NCBI GenBank assembly: GCA_020355185.1
Contig: CP070662.1
Location: 350,357 to 414,356 of the forward strand
DNA: 64,000 bases
Direction of reading: 5' to 3'
Source of the DNA: an archaeon
GTDB lineage: Archaea; Aenigmatarchaeota; Aenigmatarchaeia; PWEA01; JAGHBM01
Shown here: one piece after another, positions 18,964-26,470 of the stretch
Position numbering within the stretch: the first letter of the stretch is position 1
Layout of the letters: every line of letters starts with the position of its first letter
The notes under the pieces: generated by a model
The model's database searches: none
What the model was told of the DNA's origin: nothing
What the model saw: the letters and a program-made list of their open reading frames with translations, nothing else
Program-made: the position numbers and the translations under genes

Positions 18964-19577
18964 AACCTCATTTTGCTGTAGCAGACCTTCACGGCCCGGT
19001 TGTTTTTCTCCACCAGCTCTCCCTTGCCCTCCTCTTCCAGTTCCTTCTTAACGGCCTTTTCAAGCGTCTCCGGCGGAATCTTCCCGAAAATCTTGGCAAA
19101 GGCCCCGAGTATTGCTGTGTTTGGTATTGGAAGCCCTATTGTGTCCAGCGCCACCTTGGTAGCGTCTATGGTGTAAACCTTCTGCTTTGTTGAGGAAAAA
19201 CGTCCCGGGTATTTGTTGGTGTTAATAAGGACTTTACCGTCTTCAGAAAGGCCCCTGACCACCTCCTCCAGTTCCAGGGTGTCATCTATGCAAACCACGA
19301 AGCCGGGATCGAAAATATACCCCCTTTCCAGTATCTCCTTCCTGTCCATTCTGACAAAGGAAGTCAAAGGAGCCCCCCGTCTCTCAGCCCCGTAGACAGC
19401 GAAGCTCTGTACCTGGTATCCGGAAAGAAAAGCTGCCCTGGCCAGTATATGCGCGGCCAGCTTTATTCCCTGACCACCCCTCCCGTGAAACCTTATCTTA
19501 TACACTTCTCCTGCCCCCACGATAGTTTCCGGGATAGTTACGGCCTTGCTGCTGTCCGCGGGGCTGCCGTTCTCCAT
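18960..19577 (-). CDS. porG: Pyruvate:ferredoxin oxidoreductase gamma subunit
   Basis: IRFHGRGGQGIKLAAHILARAA and GAERRGAP signatures. The true start may lie downstream of 19577 because of an 80-nt overlap with the upstream gene. Confidence 0.9.
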   Translation of the reverse strand: MENGSPADSSKAVTIPETIVGAGEVYKIRFHGRGGQGIKLAAHILARAAFLSGYQVQSFAVYGAERRGAPLTSFVRMDRKEILERGYIFDPGFVVCIDDTLELEEVVRGLSEDGKVLINTNKYPGRFSSTKQKVYTIDATKVALDTIGLPIPNTAILGAFAKIFGKIPPETLEKAVKKELEEEGKGELVEKNNRAVKVCYSKMRL

Positions 19578-20055
19578 ACTGCCTCCCGGGGTATCCCCTG
19601 CTACTGATTATCGCCTCCCGGATCAATTTTTCAAGCCTTTCGGGATGGCTTATTGAATTTAACCAGAAGTGGGCTTCTCCCGTGTCTATTTCTATGCTCC
19701 CGATTTTCAGAACCCTTTCATACCACTGCTGACTGGAGGAAATCTTTTCCACCATCTGGTAGGGTATGTACTCGATTTTTTTATTTATCAGCCCATCTTC
19801 TTTCACCACCCGGCTTTCGGTTATGCTGTATTTTGTCAGGATTCTTTTGAACTCGCTCGACAGAATCAGGATTGCACCAATCGCCGCAATGAAAATAGAA
19901 ACGTAAAGGTAGAAATCGGAGAGAAATGTTATAAACTGCTTCAGGATTCCTGAAAAGGTGATTCCCCCAAGCGCAAGGAACAAGACGCCGAAAACGTAAT
20001 GGAAAAGAAAAGATTTTCTTGACTTCCTCCCTTTCCAGTAAGTCTTTTCATCCAT
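19498..20055 (-). CDS. Membrane protein with bacterial-type PH domain (bPH_2/YdbT-like)
   Basis: Two N-terminal TM helices followed by ...YSITESRVVKEDGLINKKIEYIPYQMVEKISSSQQWYERVLKIGSIEIDT. Confidence 0.7.
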   Translation of the reverse strand: MDEKTYWKGRKSRKSFLFHYVFGVLFLALGGITFSGILKQFITFLSDFYLYVSIFIAAIGAILILSSEFKRILTKYSITESRVVKEDGLINKKIEYIPYQMVEKISSSQQWYERVLKIGSIEIDTGEAHFWLNSISHPERLEKLIREAIISSRGYPGRQYGERQPRGQQQGRNYPGNYRGGRRSV

Positions 20056-20675
20056 CAGCTCATCCTCACATCCGCTGCCCAGACCCCCTTCTCGGAACAG
20101 ATCAGAGGATTTATGTCCAGTTCCCTTATTTTTTCGTTTACCATGAGCCTGGAAACCCTGAGCAGTGCTTCAACCAGTCCATCCGTATCATAGGTCCTGC
20201 CCCTGTAGCCCTCGAGTATTCTGTAAATTTTCGTTTCCCGTACCATGTCCCGGGCGTCTTTTTTTGTTATAGGACAGACCCTGAAGTTGACGTCCTTGAG
20301 AACCTCCACGAAAATGCCGCCGGTACCGAAGCTAACACAAGGACCGAACTGGGAGTCACGTATTCCCCCGGCAATAGTTTCTATACCTTCAACCTGTTTT
20401 TGGACAAGAACTCCCTCCGCTCCCTTTATCCTCATAATTTTCCTGAAAAACTTTTCCACTCTCCCCCTTACCACACCGATGAAGACTCCTCCGGACTCCG
20501 TCTTGTGGGAAATAACGGAGGAAGAAACCTTCATAACAACGGGATATCCTATTTTATCCGCGAATTTCAGGGCTTCCCGAGAACTTTTAACGATTTTCTG
20601 GCATGGGAGAGGAATGCCATATTTTCTCATCATTTTTTCGGCATCTTCAGGGGATTTCATGATTAGTATTCGCAA
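20055..20675 (-). CDS. ADP-forming acetyl-CoA synthetase beta-subunit-like ATP-grasp protein
   Basis: 206 aa: ...LKFADKIGYPVVMKVSS..ISHKTESGGV ... ELDINPL. This is the ATP-grasp_5 pattern and fits the adjacent POR genes. Confidence 0.8.
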   Translation of the reverse strand: MRILIMKSPEDAEKMMRKYGIPLPCQKIVKSSREALKFADKIGYPVVMKVSSSVISHKTESGGVFIGVVRGRVEKFFRKIMRIKGAEGVLVQKQVEGIETIAGGIRDSQFGPCVSFGTGGIFVEVLKDVNFRVCPITKKDARDMVRETKIYRILEGYRGRTYDTDGLVEALLRVSRLMVNEKIRELDINPLICSEKGVWAADVRMS

Positions 20676-20691
20676 TTCTTATATAATAAAC

Positions 20692-21567
20692 TTAATCCTG
20701 TGCAAGGGATCCGTACTTGAGAATGCCGTCCTCTTGCCAAAAGGACAGGCCCTGTAAAAACTTTTCATTAAGTAAGCCCAAGCAGGCTCCGTCCAGCCTG
20801 TTTCTTTGGCCTATTCCCAATCTTTCGTTATACCTCCTTTTGACAAAAACTCTTGTCAGGTTCTCATCACATTCTATGAATTTTTTTCTTGGGCGGGGAA
20901 AAAGTGGATAGATTTTTTCCTCGCTCTTTCTGGCAGCCTCATAAAGAGCAAACCCGTGTTTACATACAAAATGCGGGGGATTCACATACTTGAAAGATGT
21001 GAATCTGTTGAAAAGGTTCCCTTCACAAGTGCAGCTGCAGTTATAGGATAGCCAGTCAGCAAAAAAATTTTTACCATCCTTCTGAATAACGTTCTCAAAT
21101 ACGGTGTAACTATAATTTTTTAAACTAGATTTTACCTTCCCGGAAATAACTTTCTGGTCGTGGTCGTGATAAAGTTTGGCTTTTATCTCATTCCTTTGAG
21201 ATACATAGAGTTTTAACCCGTCAAAAAGACTGGAAAAGGGAACGACTATGGTGGTATTGCTTCTTTTGTTGCGCCACGAATAACCCCTCTTGTGGGAATC
21301 TGCAGTAAGATTCTTGAATTCTTTTGGGAAATATCTCCAGGGGGAGTCCACTTTTCTGGGGATTTTAAGTTCAGGCCCCCTTTTCATGAATTTTCTCGGG
21401 CTCTCGGAAAGAAAATCACAGCCTTTAATTATTATGTATTCATCCTCTCCAAGATTCTCCACTTCTTCCGAGACATTCCTTATGCTTGGAGATTCAAGTT
21501 CTATTGATTCGAATCCTCTATCCTTATAGTAACTTATGCCCGGATAATCTTCCCATCTCAAGTGCAT
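20692..21567 (-). CDS. Hypothetical protein with SWIM-type zinc finger
   Basis: CSCTCEGNLFNRFTSFKYVNPPHFVCKH fits CxCx(n)CxH. Confidence 0.55.
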   Translation of the reverse strand: MHLRWEDYPGISYYKDRGFESIELESPSIRNVSEEVENLGEDEYIIIKGCDFLSESPRKFMKRGPELKIPRKVDSPWRYFPKEFKNLTADSHKRGYSWRNKRSNTTIVVPFSSLFDGLKLYVSQRNEIKAKLYHDHDQKVISGKVKSSLKNYSYTVFENVIQKDGKNFFADWLSYNCSCTCEGNLFNRFTSFKYVNPPHFVCKHGFALYEAARKSEEKIYPLFPRPRKKFIECDENLTRVFVKRRYNERLGIGQRNRLDGACLGLLNEKFLQGLSFWQEDGILKYGSLAQD

Positions 21568-21677
21568 GATATTATTAGAAAGGGAAAAGGATAAATCAAT
21601 AACCTCTTGTGAATAGTTTAAAAACTATCCTTCAGAATAACGTTTTCAGAAAGTCGACTGTCTGGAGATTAACTCTT

Positions 21678-21965
21678 TCATTCCTCTGCTTCTTCTTCCG
21701 GTTCCTTAATCGCGGGCGGAGTTATATGCTTGACTATAACTATGTCATCAACCGATTGCACCATCTGGTAGGGTACGATGACTCCTCTCTTCCCCCCAAC
21801 AATTTCCGACAAGTAAGATCCTCTGGCAGCCTCTATGACTAGAGACCTTACCCTGAATTTCTTCAGGTTTACCTTAACATCTCCAACCTTTCCGCAATAG
21901 GTTCCCTTAGTTGTAAAAACGTCCTTTCCAAACATTTCAGAAAGATTTTTCACGTTTATTGGCAT
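21678..21965 (-). CDS. PRC-barrel domain protein
   Basis: 95 aa: ...GKDVFTTKGTYCGKVGDVKVNLKKFRVRSLVIE...VPYQMVQSVDDIVIV, with an acidic tail. Confidence 0.75.
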   Translation of the reverse strand: MPINVKNLSEMFGKDVFTTKGTYCGKVGDVKVNLKKFRVRSLVIEAARGSYLSEIVGGKRGVIVPYQMVQSVDDIVIVKHITPPAIKEPEEEAEE

Positions 21966-21998
21966 GCTCTACCCCCCTTATCAATAAATATTTTCCTT

Positions 21999-22010
21999 AA
22001 TATTTATAAA
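21999..22010 (+). promoter_or_regulatory. TATA-box-like element upstream of tRNA-Ser
   Basis: AATATTTATAAA about 28 nt upstream of the tRNA 5' end. Confidence 0.4.
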
Positions 22011-22037
22011 TCCCACAACTATTTAAAGGTTAAATGA

Positions 22038-22283
22038 GCTGGGGTGGCCGAGCGGTTTAAGGGCACAATTGCACCCATAAACGCGCAAAATGCCCGACCA
22101 GAGGCGCTAGCCTGCTAAGCTAGTGGGGCATGTCCCCGCGAGGGTTCAAAAACAAAACCTTTCTTAGAAAGAAAGTTTTGTATTTTGCGACAAAGTCGCA
22201 ATACTTGGAACTTCAGTTCCAAGATTCAAAGAATTGCAATTCCTTCGGATTTGCCTTTCGTGAGAGTCCCTCCCCCAGCGCCA
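22038..22283 (+). tRNA. tRNA-Ser(GCU), class II, two putative introns, CCA encoded
   Basis: Acceptor GCUGGGG (22038-44) / CCCCAGC (22273-79). D arm GCC-GAGCGGUUUAAG-GGC. Anticodon arm CUAGC-CUGCUAA-GCUAG with anticodon at 22114-16. Long variable arm GGGG-CAUGU-CCCC. T stem GAGGG (22140-44) / CCCUC (22268-72). Interruptions: ~22065-22105 (41 nt, D-stem/pos 26 region; boundary ambiguous because GGC is repeated) and 22151-22266 (116 nt, T loop UUCAAA|U, pos 59/60). Confidence 0.8.
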
Positions 22284-22340
22284 TTATGCTTTTAATATAA
22301 AAGCCTTGATATACAAAGTCAAATAGCGCTCTAGTGCCAT

Positions 22341-22481
22341 GGGCTGGTAGTCTAGTGGTTATAGACCGACACGTTTTCGTGTCTCGATCAAGACGCTGCC
22401 CTTACAAGGCAGAGGTCGGGAGTTCGACAGACTGACGTGCATTTCATGCGCGTCTTTGCGACGTTCTCCCCCGGCCCACCA
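22341..22481 (+). tRNA. tRNA-Val(UAC), two putative introns, CCA encoded
   Basis: Acceptor GGGCUGG / CCGGCCC. D arm GUCU-AGUGGUUAU-AGAC. Anticodon arm CUGCC-CUUACAA-GGCAG with anticodon at 22403-05. Variable AGGUC. T stem GGGAG / CUCCC. Interruptions: ~22367-22394 (28 nt after the D stem; AGAC repeated at both ends) and ~22428-22463 (36 nt in the T loop). Both fold into hairpins. Confidence 0.85.
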
Positions 22482-22483
22482 TC

Positions 22484-23119
22484 TTAAAACTCTCTAATAG
22501 TTAAGAAATTTCGAATTTTGTTAGACTTCCTTTCTAAAATAAGGTTCGGTAAAACATATTTTTTAATAAATTCCGCATTTTTAGAAGAAATATAAAATTC
22601 CAGTTCATACCAAGTTCCATATATTTTTCGGTTACCAATTTTACTAACTCTACTTCTTTTTGTTATTAAAGTTGAGCATTTTAAACGTTCTTTTATGGAA
22701 ATTGACAAATCTTTTGGAAATTTACCACTTGATATACGAATGGTACATTGGGGGTATTTGGGTCTTTTTATCCTCACGTCTCCGTCACCATCTATAATTC
22801 CTGCAAGATAAGAACCAAATAGCTTATCATTCTCACAAAAAATTTTAGGTGGCATTGGAGGGTCTGAAAAATATATTTTATTTTTCTCAAACATTGGAAT
22901 AAGTTTAGTTATTCCTATTTTACAGGACCAAACATCTTTTTTATTTCTCTTGAAAATACTAGATTTACTATTGAAAATCTCTTTGGAGATAGTCTGAAAT
23001 CGTTTAATTAGAATGAAATCTATAGATTCAATTTCAATTAAAAATGAGCTTTTATTTCTTTTCATCCATCCATCTGCTTGGGATAGACCAGTCCAATACG
23101 CCAATTTTTTCAATTTCAT
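22484..23119 (-). CDS. Free-standing double-motif LAGLIDADG homing-endonuclease-like protein (likely mobile)
   Basis: 211 aa. Motifs YWTGLSQADGWM and LAGIIDGDGDV about 105 aa apart. Very AT-rich. The stop codon lies 2 nt from the 3' CCA of tRNA-Val. Confidence 0.8.
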   Translation of the reverse strand: MKLKKLAYWTGLSQADGWMKRNKSSFLIEIESIDFILIKRFQTISKEIFNSKSSIFKRNKKDVWSCKIGITKLIPMFEKNKIYFSDPPMPPKIFCENDKLFGSYLAGIIDGDGDVRIKRPKYPQCTIRISSGKFPKDLSISIKERLKCSTLITKRSRVSKIGNRKIYGTWYELEFYISSKNAEFIKKYVLPNLILERKSNKIRNFLTIREF

Positions 23120-23198
23120 AATTAATTATTTATTGAAACACCTATATTTTATTTTAGCGAAGCGACCTCAAAGAGGGAAAATAAATATATAAGTGTTG

Positions 23199-23208
23199 AA
23201 ATATAAAG
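23199..23208 (+). promoter_or_regulatory. TATA-box-like element upstream of tRNA-Glu
   Basis: AAATATAAAG 22-31 nt upstream of the tRNA 5' end. Confidence 0.4.
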
Positions 23209-23229
23209 AACTCAAACGTGAAAAAATTG

Positions 23230-23423
23230 GCTCCCGTAGTCTAGCCCGGCCAAGGATGTCGATGCCGGAAATGGCAACATAGGCCTTTCGATTTACCTCG
23301 AAAGATTTGAAAACTCCTTCGGAGTTTTGTGAAAGAAGATAGCCGAAGACCCGGGAAGTTTTGGATTTTTTCCATAATTCGGGAATTCAAATTTTGGGAA
23401 TGAGATTCCCGGCGGGAGCACCA
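23230..23423 (+). tRNA. tRNA-Glu(UUC), four putative interruptions, CCA encoded
   Basis: Acceptor GCUCCCG (23230-36) / CGGGAGC (23413-19). D arm GUCU-AGCCCGGCCAA-GGAU. Anticodon stem UC+GGC (23259-60, 23282-84) pairs with GCCGA (23342-46). Loop CUUUCGA with anticodon at 23287-89. Variable AGAC. T stem CCGGG (23351-55) / CCCGG (23408-12). T loop UUCAAA+U. The remaining 116 nt fall in four blocks: 23261-81, 23292-341, 23356-85, 23392-406. Confidence 0.75.
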
Positions 23424-23476
23424 CTACTTTTAACTTTTTTAAACTCTCAAACTCAAGAAATAGTTAAGGTGATAAC

Positions 23477-23851
23477 ATGGTCAAGAAAAAGGTTACTAGG
23501 AAAAAGACGGTCAAGAAAAAAATTGCCGGGAAGGGGGTTGCAAAGAAAGCGAATAAAGAACCCACCTGGGACGAGATCGGAAAGCTTGTCGGGAAAAAAA
23601 TTGAAATGGCTTCAAAAGAGGGCAAATTTAACTGCAAACACTGGGACAGGCACAATATCAAATATACGGTAAAAGAGAAGATCCAATGCGGCGGAACCGG
23701 AGGATGCTTTTATTTCCTGGGGTTCATCGGCTCACTTGTATATTACGTGACTACAGCTCCAAGCCTTTGGGATGCTTTTTTGGGATTCTTCAAGGCGATT
23801 TTTTGGCCGGCTTTCCTTGTCTATGGAGTGCTACATTTTATAGGAGTGTAA
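23477..23851 (+). CDS. Hypothetical membrane protein with Lys-rich N-terminus
   Basis: 124 aa. Basic N-terminal 30 aa, then two C-terminal hydrophobic helices (FYFLGFIGSLVYYV, IFWPAFLVYGVLHFIGV). Confidence 0.55.
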   Translation: MVKKKVTRKKTVKKKIAGKGVAKKANKEPTWDEIGKLVGKKIEMASKEGKFNCKHWDRHNIKYTVKEKIQCGGTGGCFYFLGFIGSLVYYVTTAPSLWDAFLGFFKAIFWPAFLVYGVLHFIGV

Positions 23852-23932
23852 TGGTCTAAAGACTGAGCAAAGGATAATTATTTCCGGGTGGCAAAAGCAT
23901 ATTATTTAAAAGTTAACCGGCTAATATTGGTT

Positions 23933-24818
23933 ATGCAAATTGTAGGCAAAACCAACTTGCCTTTACCTGTTTTTAAGAAGGGTAAGGTAAGGGACACGTA
24001 TGAAGTCGATAGCAATCTTCTTATCATAACCACGGACCGCATTTCAGCCTTTGATTACGTTCTTTCCAATCTCATACCATACAAGGGTGTGTGTATAAAC
24101 AATATATCCAATTTCTGGTCCGACTATCTTGGGGACGTGGTTCCGAATCACTTGATTCACACGGATATCGGCGATTTTCCGCAGGAATTGCAAAAATACG
24201 AGATTTTGGGGGGGGAGAAGCGTAATAGCAAGGAAAGCGAAAGTCTTCCCTATAGAGTGCATAGTTCGTGGTTACATCTTTGGTTCGGCATGGAAATCCT
24301 ACAAAAAAGACCAGACCGTATGCGGCATAAAGTTTCCCCCGGGCATGAAAGAGTCGGAAAAGTTTGACGAACCTCTTTTCACCCCATCCACAAAAGCACC
24401 GGAGGGAGAGCATGACGAGAATATTTCCTTTGACAGGATGAAAGGGATAATAGGCCCGGATTACGCTGAAAAGCTCAGGGATCTGACCCTGGAACTTTAC
24501 GAGAAGGCCACAAAATTTGCCGAAAAGAAAGGTATTATAATCGCTGATACCAAGTTCGAGTTCGGAAAAATTGGTGACCAGGTTGTAATGGTTGACGAGG
24601 TTCTGACTCCGGATTCTTCAAGATTCTGGCCCCTCGACAAATACAAACCGGGTCACTCACAGCCAAGCTTCGACAAGCAATACGTAAGGGACTACCTTAC
24701 AGGCAAGGGATGGGACAAGGAGTCCGACCCGCCAGAACTTCCGACATACGTGATTTTGGAAACAACAAACAAGTACAAGGAAGTCCACGAGAGAATTACG
24801 GGAAGGAAACTGGACTGA
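23933..24818 (+). pseudogene. purC: SAICAR synthetase (PurC) split by a 1-nt frameshift in a G8 run
   Basis: Track ORFs 23888..24367 and 24345..24818. N-part: KGKVRDTYEVD..LLIITTDRISAFD. After GGGGGGGG at 24208-24215 the next frame reads RSVIARKAKVFPIECIVRGYIFGSAWKSY...LFTPSTKA...IIIADTKFEFG. Removing one G restores ...YEILGGRSVIARK... Confidence 0.85.
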
Positions 24819-24970
24819 TTCCTAAAGCCCCGAAAACAAGAGTTTTAGACCTTCTAGTATATAAATCTTATTAAAAATAGCCCGAAACCTTTATATTTGA
24901 TGGTTTCATAATATCAATAAAGAAGGCTTATAGAGGCCTTTTAAAGACGTTTCAAGGAGGTGTGTAAAGA

Positions 24971-25138
24971 ATGGCATTGATAGTGAAGAATGCAATAAAA
25001 GACCTTGTAAAAGGAAAAGCAAACGTAAGTGCTGATTTCTATAGTGCTTTGGACGCTGAAGTCAATTCAATGGTAAGCAAGGCGTTGAGCAGAGCAAAGG
25101 CAAACAACAGAAAAACAATTCAGGCAAGAGACCTTTAA
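24971..25138 (+). CDS. Possible 55-aa histone-fold-like protein
   Basis: GGAGGTG 9 nt upstream of the ATG. Product MALIVKNAIKDLVKGKANVSADFYSALDAEVNSMVSKALSRAKANNRKTIQARDL. The ...A..NNRKTIQARDL tail resembles the archaeal histone C-terminal helix (GRKTI...D). Below the track size cut-off. Confidence 0.5.
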   Translation: MALIVKNAIKDLVKGKANVSADFYSALDAEVNSMVSKALSRAKANNRKTIQARDL

Positions 25139-25197
25139 ACGGTCTCAAGCCCCCTTCTTTTTATTGAATTTAAACTTTAGAATCCAATTATTATCAG

Positions 25198-25617
25198 GTG
25201 AAAATAATGGGTGACTTGGTAAAAAAAATGACAAATTCCTTTGTTGTTTCGAATCTTGCTGGCTCTGTTGTCTTTGGTCTGGAATATTTCAGACTGCATA
25301 ATGAGCTTGACAAAACATTTCAAAACAGTCTGAAAAAAGGAATAAGATTTATAGAAGGAATGGAAAAGGGACTCGAATATCCCAAGAGAGAGAAATGGAG
25401 CGAAGAAGGGAGCAGATGGTACAATATAGTAGAACCCATCAAAGATGGTTTGAATCTTGAAAAACTGAAAGAATACAAAACTATACTCAAATCCGTTTTA
25501 AAGGGTAAAGATATACCGGAAGACAAGATAAAAGAAATGCAAAAATACTTTGATGTAATAGCCGACTATTACCAAGGCAACGCTTTTGAAATAAACGAAT
25601 TTTTAAAAGATTTTTAA
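25198..25617 (+). CDS. Hypothetical protein (139 aa)
   Basis: Clean ORF (GTG at 25198 or ATG at 25207). Helical and Lys/Glu-rich, with no recognisable motif. Confidence 0.5.
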   Translation: MKIMGDLVKKMTNSFVVSNLAGSVVFGLEYFRLHNELDKTFQNSLKKGIRFIEGMEKGLEYPKREKWSEEGSRWYNIVEPIKDGLNLEKLKEYKTILKSVLKGKDIPEDKIKEMQKYFDVIADYYQGNAFEINEFLKDF

Positions 25618-25627
25618 AGGAATTTTT

Positions 25628-26329
25628 ATGACGGAACTCCTTCACATGAAAGACTGCTATCTCCGGGATTTCAGGGCCAAAGTTGTCAGGACCGGAGAAA
25701 ACTTCGTTGTCTTGGACAGGACTGCTTTCTACCCCGAGGGTGGTGGCCAGGAAAGCGATACAGGATATCTGGAATGGAACGGCCAGAAGTCCGTTGTGAC
25801 CAGGGCGGAGAAGAAAGGGGAAATCGTGCACAGGGTTGACAAAGTCCCGCCCCTTGGAACCGAGGTGACGGGACACCTGGACTGGGACCAGCGTTATGCC
25901 AGAATGAGGATGCACACGGCCCAGCACTTGGTCTCTCTGATGACAATGAACCTTTTTGGCGTGACCACGGTAGGGAACCAGATTCACGGAGACAAATCAA
26001 GGATTGATTTCCATCCCGCCGATTTCTCGGAGAAGGACCTGAAGAGGATAGAGGAAGAGTCAAACAGGATTATAGAAAGGGGTCTGGAAGTTAAGATTTA
26101 CGAACTCCCAAGGGAGGAGGCCCTGGAGAAGGTGGACCGGAGGAGGTGCGACCTAAGCAGGCTGCCCGCTTCCGTACAAAAACTGAGAATTGTGGAAATA
26201 GACTCTCTCGATTTTTGCCCCTGCGCTGGAACCCATGTTAAAAACCTTAAAGAGCTGGGAAGGATAAGAATTCTGGAAAAGATTAATAAAGGCAAGGACA
26301 AACAAAGAATAGTATACACATTGGTTTGA
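25628..26329 (+). CDS. alaX: Alanyl-tRNA editing protein AlaX (AlaX-M type)
   Basis: Zinc/editing motifs MHTAQHL and CAGTHV. N-terminal beta-barrel FYPEGGGQ. Confidence 0.9.
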   Translation: MTELLHMKDCYLRDFRAKVVRTGENFVVLDRTAFYPEGGGQESDTGYLEWNGQKSVVTRAEKKGEIVHRVDKVPPLGTEVTGHLDWDQRYARMRMHTAQHLVSLMTMNLFGVTTVGNQIHGDKSRIDFHPADFSEKDLKRIEEESNRIIERGLEVKIYELPREEALEKVDRRRCDLSRLPASVQKLRIVEIDSLDFCPCAGTHVKNLKELGRIRILEKINKGKDKQRIVYTLV

Positions 26330-26351
26330 ATTGAATAAAGCGGGGGTACCC

Positions 26352-26385
26352 AAGAAAGCTTTTTAGAAAAAAGCTTTAGCAAAAA
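26352..26385 (+). repeat. 34-nt direct repeat, copy 1 (inside tRNA-Leu D-loop interruption)
   Basis: AAGAAAGCTTTTTAGAAAAAAGCTTTAGCAAAAA is identical to 26437-26470 and contains its own inverted repeat AAAGCTTTTT/AAAAAGCTTT. Confidence 0.85.
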
Positions 26386-26436
26386 ACTAAAAGGCTTTGG
26401 GAATGGCCAAACCTACGGGCTATAGGGGCAGGACTT

Positions 26437-26470
26437 AAGAAAGCTTTTTAGAAAAAAGCTTTAGCAAAAA
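26437..26470 (+). repeat. 34-nt direct repeat, copy 2 (inside tRNA-Leu anticodon-loop interruption)
   Basis: Identical to 26352-26385. In both copies the first AAG is the last exon triplet (CCCAAG| and CUUAAG|). Confidence 0.85.

Noticed and set aside
19498-19577. 80-nt overlap between the PH-domain gene end and the porG start
   Set aside because: This is probably an annotation effect. porG likely initiates at an internal alternative start closer to the conserved IRFHGRGGQG block, so it is not treated as a functional overlap.
23361-23672. 103-aa plus ORF and 65-aa minus ORF around 23361-23672
   Set aside because: The first starts inside tRNA-Glu and then overlaps the better-supported 23477..23851 gene out of frame. 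The second is antisense to that gene.
26352-26470. Direct repeats that at first glance looked like a mini CRISPR array
   Set aside because: There are only two copies, each internally palindromic in an A/T-rich way. Both lie inside interruptions of a tRNA gene, and there are no cas genes in the window.
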